DNA of 20,000 nucleotides from an uncultured Methanosarcinales archaeon (lineage in GTDB: Archaea; Nanobdellota; Nanobdellia; Woesearchaeales; DSVV01). The notes under the pieces are model-generated. The model was not told where the DNA came from, made no database searches, and was given only the letters and a program-made list of their open reading frames with translations. A program made the position numbers and the translations under genes. The DNA lies in assembly GCA_964593285.1 (NCBI GenBank), contig CAZQHZ010000003.1:50370-70369 (forward strand). The letters are read 5' to 3'. Each line of letters starts with the position of its first letter. The stretch's first letter is position 1. Below are positions 1 through 6,264 of this stretch, one piece after another.

Positions 1-2
1 TT

Positions 3-581
3 ATAATTTTTTTAATTAAATATGAAAATAATTTAAGTGTTAGTTATAAATTATTATTAATTATTTTATTATTTGTCATTTTTATTTTAATTTTTTTAAT
101 TGTTTATTTTTCATATTATAGCTTAGATAAATCAAAAGATATTAGTGATAGTGATCAGTTATTATTGGATGAAGAAATTCAAGATATAAAAGAAAATTCA
201 ACAAATTATGTATGGCATAAAAATACTGTTAAAAAAATTGATTTAACAAATTTTATAAATGATTCAAATAAAGATCAAATAAATCTTTCTTTAGCTGAAC
301 AAATAGATAATTTAACTGTTGAATTTAATAATTTAGAAATTGTTATTACTCCTGATAAGGATTGGTATGGAGAGAGGAATTTAGAATTAGTTGCTGAGAA
401 TGTAAAAGGTTTAAAAACTTATAATGATGACATTAATTTAGTTGTTTTAAATAAAGAGAAAAAAAATTTATTTTATGAATTTATTGTAAATAATTTAGTT
501 TTACTTTTATTTATTTTTTTAATTATTTTTATTGTTATTTTTTTAGTTGTTTTTAATTTTTCTTTAACTAAAAAAAAATAA
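3..581 (+). CDS. Membrane protein, 3' part only (frame is open from the window start); TM segment, Ig/cadherin-like beta-rich domain and C-terminal TM anchor
   Basis: The frame of ORF 165..581 has no stop back to position 3 (IIFLIKYENNLSVSYKLLLIILLFVIFILIFLIVYF...). It contains the motif ITPDKDWYGERNLELVAEN and ends in a hydrophobic segment followed by KKK. Confidence 0.65.
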   Translation: MIFLIKYENNLSVSYKLLLIILLFVIFILIFLIVYFSYYSLDKSKDISDSDQLLLDEEIQDIKENSTNYVWHKNTVKKIDLTNFINDSNKDQINLSLAEQIDNLTVEFNNLEIVITPDKDWYGERNLELVAENVKGLKTYNDDINLVVLNKEKKNLFYEFIVNNLVLLLFIFLIIFIVIFLVVFNFSLTKKK

Positions 582-1193
582 TTATTTTTTAGTTTTTCTT
601 TGTTTTGGATTTAATTTAGTATATCCAATCCAAATTAATACAATTAAAACAATTCCAAGTAATATGAATCTTAAAAAATCACTTGCTAATTGCCAATATC
701 TAATTGTTCCATATATCATTATAAGAATACTTCCACTCATAATTCCAGAGCCAACACTTTCAACTTTTAGTAAAATGACACCAATAATTAATGTTAATAA
801 ACCAATTATTGTGGTTATAATAAATATATTTCTATTATAATTTTCTCTTTTATTTTGATATTCTTGACTGCAATAATGATTTATATCACACCTTCCATCA
901 TTTTTTTTAAGTTCATTGAGGTTACAATTTAAAATGATATTTGTATTGTTTTCTTCAATTTTATTGCATGTTAATTGGTTATTTATTCTTGGTTTTTCCT
1001 CATCATATGAAGTCCATTTTCCATTATTTTTAATGCATTCCTCTTGTGTTTGATACGTTTTAAAATCAGTATTATTACAAAAATCAGAATAATTTGGTGC
1101 TTTATAGAATGTACTTATACCAAATCCTACAAAAAAAGCAAATATTAGTGCAATAGCAATTGATAATAAAACTTGTTTTATTTTTGAGACCAT
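582..1193 (-). CDS. Hypothetical membrane protein (N-terminal TM, Cys-containing extracellular loop, three C-terminal TMs)
   Basis: 203-aa ORF with a hydrophobic N-terminus, 6 Cys in the loop and three C-terminal hydrophobic helices (IYGTIRYW motif). Confidence 0.8.
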   Translation of the reverse strand: MVSKIKQVLLSIAIALIFAFFVGFGISTFYKAPNYSDFCNNTDFKTYQTQEECIKNNGKWTSYDEEKPRINNQLTCNKIEENNTNIILNCNLNELKKNDGRCDINHYCSQEYQNKRENYNRNIFIITTIIGLLTLIIGVILLKVESVGSGIMSGSILIMIYGTIRYWQLASDFLRFILLGIVLIVLIWIGYTKLNPKQRKTKK

Positions 1194-1320
1194 TTTTTTA
1201 GTAATATTGATAGGCTTTATAAAATTAATGTTTTTATTGTTTTTTTTAATGTAATTATTTTTAAAAATAGTGTGTAATATCTTTTATAAAATTAATTTAT
1301 AATTTTTTTAACGTATATTA

Positions 1321-1629
1321 TTAACATACTTCTTTACATTTATTATCTTGACAAACTACAGTTTTACACAAAACACAACCATAAATGCAATTGGAATCAT
1401 AAGATTCAATTAATTTTGAAATCTTTTCAACTTCGTTTTTATTTACATACACATAACATCCAAAAGGACATTTCCCTCCTATATCAACACAATCAGAATC
1501 AATTTCACAATAATTTGCTTTTTTTATTTCTGATTTAATTTTTGATGCATCATTTTTTTGAAAAGTAAAAAACAAAGTTATAATAATTATTAATATTGTA
1601 AAAATAATAATTGTAATTTTTTTATTCAT
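1321..1629 (-). CDS. Small secreted or membrane-anchored Cys-rich protein (CxxDxDC motif)
   Basis: Signal-anchor N-terminus, CEIDSDC motif, 10 Cys in about 65 aa. Confidence 0.75.
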   Translation of the reverse strand: MNKKITIIIFTILIIIITLFFTFQKNDASKIKSEIKKANYCEIDSDCVDIGGKCPFGCYVYVNKNEVEKISKLIESYDSNCIYGCVLCKTVVCQDNKCKEVC

Positions 1630-1779
1630 TTTTTTATTTATTTTTAATTAATATATAAATATGTTTATTTTAATAAAAAATTGCTAATAAAAATATAGTT
1701 TTTTTTAAATTTCAATAAATTTTAAATATTTATATTGTATTACATATAAATAAATTAAGAATTTAGGAGGTGTTTTAAA

Positions 1780-1995
1780 ATGAGAATTGTAAAAGGAATT
1801 GCAAATTTGTCTGTAACCATTATTGCATCTTTAATTTTAATATTTTTAGGTATAATTTATTTTATGGTTACAATTTGGATGATAAAAATTGGTGCAGGAT
1901 GGGCTGGATTTAGTAATTTAGATGGAAACTGGGTTATTTTAACTACTGGAATAGTAACAGGTGCTGCATTAATAGGCTCAGCTCTACAACATTAA
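1780..1995 (+). CDS. Small two-TM membrane protein
   Basis: 71-aa hydrophobic ORF with a strong Shine-Dalgarno AGGAGGTG at 1765-1772 and a TATA-like TTTAAATA near 1721. Confidence 0.8.
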   Translation: MRIVKGIANLSVTIIASLILIFLGIIYFMVTIWMIKIGAGWAGFSNLDGNWVILTTGIVTGAALIGSALQH

Positions 1996-2061
1996 TTTTT
2001 TATTTCATTTTTTTAAAAGTAATATTTTTTAAATGATTGTTTTTTCTTATTTTTTTAATCA

Positions 2062-2134
2062 GGACCTGTGGTCTAGTGGCTATGACATCGCCTTGACTTG
2101 GCGAGGATCGTCGGTTCAAATCCGGCCAGGTCCA
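2062..2134 (+). tRNA. tRNA-Val (anticodon GAC), no intron, CCA not encoded
   Basis: Acceptor stem GGACCTG/CAGGTCC plus discriminator A. Anticodon stem TCGCC/GGCGA with loop TT-GAC-TT. T arm GTCGG-TTCAAAT-CCGGC. A T-tract follows. Confidence 0.95.
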
Positions 2135-2191
2135 TTTTTTAGTAATTATTCTTTTTATTTTTTTAATTTTATTTATAATATTTTTATTTAT

Positions 2192-2366
2192 GTAAGTATA
2201 AAGTCTATATTTGAAAAAAGGCAATATCATAAGGTTAAAACTTTATTATAACAAAAGATATAGTTCGCTTGTGAGGGGATGCTTCATGTGGGAACGCAGA
2301 ACCTTTAATAAAATCATAGAAAGTCTTGAAGATATTGCCTTTTTTTATACCTGACTTTATACTTAC
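2192..2366. mobile_element. MITE-like non-autonomous element with bipartite terminal inverted repeats and 8-bp target-site duplication (IS66-like ends)
   Basis: GTAAGTATAAAGTC (2192-2205) is the reverse complement of 2353-2366. AAAAAAGGCAATATC (2214-2228) is the reverse complement of 2331-2345. The direct repeat TTATTTAT lies at 2184-2191 and 2367-2374, directly abutting both ends. Confidence 0.7.
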
Positions 2367-2664
2367 TTATTTATTAATACATATCTTTAAATACTTAAAT
2401 TAGTTTTTTTAATTTGGTGATAAATTGTAAAAAAATTATAATAATTATGCTTGTTTTAATAATTTTTCATAAGAGTATAAATTGCAATTTAGTTTTATAA
2501 ACTAATTATAATAAAAGGATTTTTGTAGTTTTCGAAGTTTATTTACTTAAGGTATGAATTTATTTAATAATTTTCATAAAGTTGAAAATTTATTAGTAGA
2601 ATTTGTAAAATTTACGAATAAATGGACAATAAATATTTAATTTATTTTAATTTAATAAAATAAT

Positions 2665-3126
2665 ATGTTTAAACTAAAAGAAGCAAAAGGAACTTATAAA
2701 GGTCTTATTGGTGAGTGCATGTTTAAACTTACAAGAAAATATGCAATTTTAAACAAATATTGGAATAAAAGAAAATATTTTGAAATATTTGGTAAGTATT
2801 TAAATGATAAACAAATTAATTTTTTAAATAAATACTGGCATTCTCTTGATGCCATTGAAATAGTTTTTATAAATAAAACAAAAAATGTTTTTCTTTATGA
2901 AATAAAAACAAAAAATATATACAATAAATCTTTGGGTTTTAAGCCAAAAATAACAAAATCTTCTGTCTTATTATATAAAAAAGCAATTGAATTAGATTTT
3001 AAAGTGAATCTTGCTTTTGTATGTTTTTATAATGATTGGAATTATTCTGTAAAAATAGTTGACTTTTCTGAAAATAATTATTATATAGACAGCAAAAAAC
3101 TCTATGATAAAAAAGAATTATATTAA
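2665..3126 (+). CDS. PD-(D/E)XK superfamily nuclease-like protein (YraN/Hjc-like fold)
   Basis: Motifs in the expected order: GxxGE helix (KGLIGE), catalytic D (SLDAI) and E-x-K (LYEIKTK). Confidence 0.65.
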   Translation: MFKLKEAKGTYKGLIGECMFKLTRKYAILNKYWNKRKYFEIFGKYLNDKQINFLNKYWHSLDAIEIVFINKTKNVFLYEIKTKNIYNKSLGFKPKITKSSVLLYKKAIELDFKVNLAFVCFYNDWNYSVKIVDFSENNYYIDSKKLYDKKELY

Positions 3127-3166
3127 ATTTTATGTAGAAGAAAAAATAAGAATTCTTTTATTATTT

Positions 3167-3206
3167 GGGCTATTTTTCATTTAAAGGAATTAAAGAAAAA
3201 TAGCCC
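3167..3206. repeat. Hairpin / inverted repeat overlapping the tRNA-Gln 3' end; possible terminator between convergent genes
   Basis: GGGCTATTTTTC (3167-3178) pairs with GAAAAATAGCCC (3195-3206), with an inner TTTAA/TTAAA stem and AGGAA loop. Confidence 0.6.
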
Positions 3207-3364
3207 CGCTCGGACTTTCGTAGTAAGTCTGAAACCGTGTATCTTTTGTTTCATTCAAAACATTTCGAACCGAGGTCCCAGGACGATTTCGATAAAGTCA
3301 AATTTTTTATAAATTGGCTTATATCTCCAAAATCCTAGATGATTGGCCACTACACCACGGGGCT
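3201..3364 (-). tRNA. tRNA-Gln (anticodon UUG) with two BHB introns: 42 nt at 37/38 (3326-3285) and 49 nt at 59/60 (3263-3215)
   Basis: Spliced sequence: AGCCCCG-TG-GTGTAGTGGCCAATCAT-C-TAGGA-TTTTGG^G-TCCTG-GGAC-CTCGG-TTCGAA^T-CCGAG-CGGGGCT-A. The A1-U72 pair is typical of archaeal tRNA-Gln. Both junctions form bulge-helix-bulge motifs with central helices TTTT/GAAA and TTCG/CGAA. Confidence 0.93.
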
Positions 3365-3437
3365 ATCTATTTGTATTGTTTTTACTTTATATTTTTAAAT
3401 GTTTCTTTTTTAAATAAAGACTTTATCGAAATCGTCC
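3281..3437. repeat. Perfect 19-bp inverted repeat pair (3281-3299 / 3419-3437) bracketing the tRNA-Gln 5' exon and promoter
   Basis: GGACGATTTCGATAAAGTC at 3281-3299 and its exact reverse complement GACTTTATCGAAATCGTCC at 3419-3437. Confidence 0.9.
3392..3408 (-). promoter_or_regulatory. Putative BRE/TATA box for tRNA-Gln
   Basis: Minus strand reads AAAGAAACA-TTTAAAAA about 28-35 nt upstream of the tRNA 5' end. Confidence 0.45.
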
Positions 3438-3515
3438 AAAAAAATAGTTAATTTATTATAGAAAATAAGTAATATATAAAATAATAATTTTTAATATAAA
3501 TAAAAAAAATAATAT

Positions 3516-4310
3516 TTATGCAGTTATTGCAATTGATGCTTCTTTATTTGCTTGTTCTTTTTTTTTAAAAACTTCATCATTTAAAATCATTGTAACAAGT
3601 TTTCCATAATCTTCAGCTCCTCTGCTATTTTTTGCATAATTGAAAATAGACATTCGTTTTTCTGGTGCTTCTTTTAATTTAGAATTAATTCTAATTGGAT
3701 CACTTATTAAATCATAATAAATATTATTCATTATTTCAAGTGTTTTTTTACAGATTTTATTTCTTTGATCATATAATGTTGGAACAATTTTAATAACTTT
3801 TAATTCATGATCATATTTTTTATTAATTTTTTCAATCATTTTTAATGTGTTGCTTGTACCTCTTAGACCTAATACATCTGTTGAAGAAGGAACAATTGCT
3901 TCTTTTGTTGATAATATTGCCACTTCATTTAAGAAACTAACAACTGGCGAGCAATCAAAAATAATATAATCATATCCTTTAATTGTTCTAAATTTATTAA
4001 CAATATTTTTTAATGTTTTTTTTTCAGTTGTTAATTCTTGTTCAACTAAACTTAAATTTTCTTTAGTTCCAAGTATATCTAAATTTTTACCAAGTTTAGT
4101 TACACATTGTGAAAGTTCAATATTATCAATTAAATAATCATGTAAATCATTCATGCTTTTCCAATCTAAGCTAAAAGAACTATTTCCTTGTGGATCAAAA
4201 TCAATAAGTAATACTTTTCTATTATTTCTAGATAAACCTGCTGCTAAATTTATAGCAGTAGTTGTTTTTGCAACGCCACCTTTTTGGTTAATTATACTTA
4301 TATATCTCAT
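3516..4310 (-). CDS. parA: ParA/Soj family ATPase
   Basis: Deviant Walker A NQKGGVAKTT, LLIDFDPQGN, YDYIIFDCSP, and C-terminal IRINSKLKEAP...SRGAEDY. Confidence 0.9.
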   Translation of the reverse strand: MRYISIINQKGGVAKTTTAINLAAGLSRNNRKVLLIDFDPQGNSSFSLDWKSMNDLHDYLIDNIELSQCVTKLGKNLDILGTKENLSLVEQELTTEKKTLKNIVNKFRTIKGYDYIIFDCSPVVSFLNEVAILSTKEAIVPSSTDVLGLRGTSNTLKMIEKINKKYDHELKVIKIVPTLYDQRNKICKKTLEIMNNIYYDLISDPIRINSKLKEAPEKRMSIFNYAKNSRGAEDYGKLVTMILNDEVFKKKEQANKEASIAITA

Positions 4311-4327
4311 TTTTTAGCACCTAATAA

Positions 4328-4726
4328 TTATTTTTTTTTTTTAACTTTCATTTTTTTTGTAATTCCAATTTTTTCGTTACATTTTTCACATTTAAATACA
4401 AATGATGGAACACCCATGAATGTTTTTCTTTTATATTCTGTTGTTGCTTCTCCATTAAAACCACAATGTGGGCATGTATAAATTATTTCAACAGTTAATT
4501 TATCTTCATGTTCTTTTTTCTCTTCTATATATCCACAAGAATGGCATTTATATTCTTTTGCTCTTATTTTAACTTTGCCTTTTTCAATTGGTTTTCCCAT
4601 TTTTTCTTTTTTACATTTAGGACAATCAATTTTATAAGCCCACGCTTTTATTTTTCCATTATTATCTAATGTACGATTTGTAAAATATACAAGTTCTTCC
4701 ATACTTTCTGGTTCTTTTAATGCCAT
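4328..4726 (-). CDS. Zn-ribbon protein of unknown function (four CxxC)
   Basis: CPKC, CHSC, CPHC and CEKC motifs, with an upstream SD-like AAGGTG. Confidence 0.8.
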   Translation of the reverse strand: MALKEPESMEELVYFTNRTLDNNGKIKAWAYKIDCPKCKKEKMGKPIEKGKVKIRAKEYKCHSCGYIEEKKEHEDKLTVEIIYTCPHCGFNGEATTEYKRKTFMGVPSFVFKCEKCNEKIGITKKMKVKKKK

Positions 4727-4931
4727 ATATATACACCTTTTTTTAGTTTTTTGTAATTTGATAAAATGTTTAATAAAAATATGTTTTATTGTATAGTAGT
4801 TAAATAAACAAACTATAGGTATTATTAAAAGCTTTCGGAATTATCATTTTGTTAAGTTAAAAAAAATTAAGTTTTAAAATAAAACTAATTGGAATTTAAT
4901 TTCATAAAATTTAAATATTATTAAATGTTTA

Positions 4932-4955
4932 AACTTTTAAGATTTATTAAAAGTT
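4932..4955. promoter_or_regulatory. Candidate operator palindrome between the TATA box and the GbsR/MarR start codon
   Basis: AACTTTTAA-N6-TTAAAAGTT; TTTAAATA at about 4910-4917; ATG at 4970. Confidence 0.45.
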
Positions 4956-4969
4956 ATAAAAATTAAAAA

Positions 4970-5482
4970 ATGTCAATTAAAAAACAAAATGGTTTGGAAA
5001 CTGAATTTATTTCATTTTTAGAAACTGTATTTAAAAATTATGGACTTGATAATTTAAGTTGCAAAATAATGGCAGTATTATATATTGAGCCAACAGAAAT
5101 TGCATTAGATGAAATTGCAAAAATTACTGGTTACAGCTTGGCATCTGTTTCATTAAAATTAAAATTTTTAGAAAAAATAGGATTAGTTGAAAGGATAAAA
5201 AAACCAGGGAGTAAAAAAGTATTTTATTATTTTCAAAAAGATATTGTAAAATTAACTGAAAATAAAATTAAAAAAGCATATGATGCAGAAATTAAACCTG
5301 TAAAAAAATTACTTCCAGAATTAATTAATAAATATTCAAATTTAAAGTTATCAAAAGTTGAAGAAGAAAAATTGAAAATAATAAATAATTATTATAAGCA
5401 AGTTTTAATGACTGAAAAAGTTTACTTAAAATTGGTTGATTTTTTAAAAGAAGAAAAAATAAAATTTCAAAAAAAGGAATAA
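4970..5482 (+). CDS. GbsR/MarR family winged-helix transcriptional regulator
   Basis: IALDEIAKITGYSLASVSLKLKFLEKIGLVERIKKPGSKKVFY wHTH followed by a C-terminal helical region. Confidence 0.85.
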   Translation: MSIKKQNGLETEFISFLETVFKNYGLDNLSCKIMAVLYIEPTEIALDEIAKITGYSLASVSLKLKFLEKIGLVERIKKPGSKKVFYYFQKDIVKLTENKIKKAYDAEIKPVKKLLPELINKYSNLKLSKVEEEKLKIINNYYKQVLMTEKVYLKLVDFLKEEKIKFQKKE

Positions 5483-5527
5483 ATTTGAAAAAAACAAATA
5501 ATTTTATTATAAAACGAGAAAATAAAA

Positions 5528-6250
5528 ATGGCTAGTGAATATATAATAGAACTTAAAGATGTTTGGAAAATTTATAAAATGGGAAAGGTTTTAGTTCCTG
5601 CATTAAAAGGATTAAATTTTAAAGTTAAACAAGGTGAATTTGTTTCAATTATAGGCCCATCTGGTTCTGGAAAATCTACTGCAATGAATATGGTTGGTGT
5701 TTTAGATTTTCCAACAAAAGGAAAAATATATCTTGATGGAAAAGATATTACTTTGATGTATGAAAGTGATTTAGCTCAAATTAGGGGGCAAAAAATTGGT
5801 TTTATTTTTCAACAATTTAATTTAATTAATACTTTAACTGCACTTGAAAATGTAATGCTTCCAATGACTTTTCAAGGTGTTAGTGAAGAAAAGAGAAAAA
5901 AAAGGGCAATAAAATTACTTGATTTAGTTGATTTAAAAGAACGCTATAACCATCGTCCAACGGAATTATCCGGTGGACAGCAACAAAGAGTTGCAATAGC
6001 AAGATCGTTAGCAAACGATCCTGAAGTAATACTTGCAGATGAACCTACTGGAAATTTAGATTCAAAAACTGGGGTTAATGTTTTAAATTTTTTAAAAAAA
6101 TTAAACAAAGAACAAAATAAAACAATTGTTATGGTAACTCATGATTTAAATTTAGCAAAAGAAGCTAAACGTGTTGAATATTTAAAAGATGGTGAAATAA
6201 TTAAAGATTATCTAAAAAATAATAAAAAAATAATTAATAATAAAAAATAA
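5528..6250 (+). CDS. ABC transporter ATP-binding protein (LolD/MacB type)
   Basis: Walker A GPSGSGKS, signature LSGGQQQRVAIAR, Walker B ILADEPTGNLD, and VTH switch. Confidence 0.97.
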   Translation: MASEYIIELKDVWKIYKMGKVLVPALKGLNFKVKQGEFVSIIGPSGSGKSTAMNMVGVLDFPTKGKIYLDGKDITLMYESDLAQIRGQKIGFIFQQFNLINTLTALENVMLPMTFQGVSEEKRKKRAIKLLDLVDLKERYNHRPTELSGGQQQRVAIARSLANDPEVILADEPTGNLDSKTGVNVLNFLKKLNKEQNKTIVMVTHDLNLAKEAKRVEYLKDGEIIKDYLKNNKKIINNKK

Positions 6251-6264
6251 AAAGGTGATTTTAT

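Noticed and set aside
165..167. TTG start assigned by the ORF track
   Set aside because: The frame is open to the window start and encodes a TM segment upstream, so the gene begins earlier.
2000..2251. ORFs 2000..2230 (-) and 2033..2251 (+)
   Set aside because: Both overlap the tRNA-Val gene and the MITE end; they are shadow ORFs.
2246..2317. 23-aa minus-strand ORF (MILLKVLRSHMKHPLTSELYLLL) inside the TIR element
   Set aside because: Very short, with no SD or recognisable motif; expected by chance.
2455..2580. Imperfect direct repeat TTTAATAATTTT(T)CATAA occurring twice upstream of the nuclease
   Set aside because: Almost entirely A/T in an AT-rich spacer, only two copies, and not CRISPR-like.
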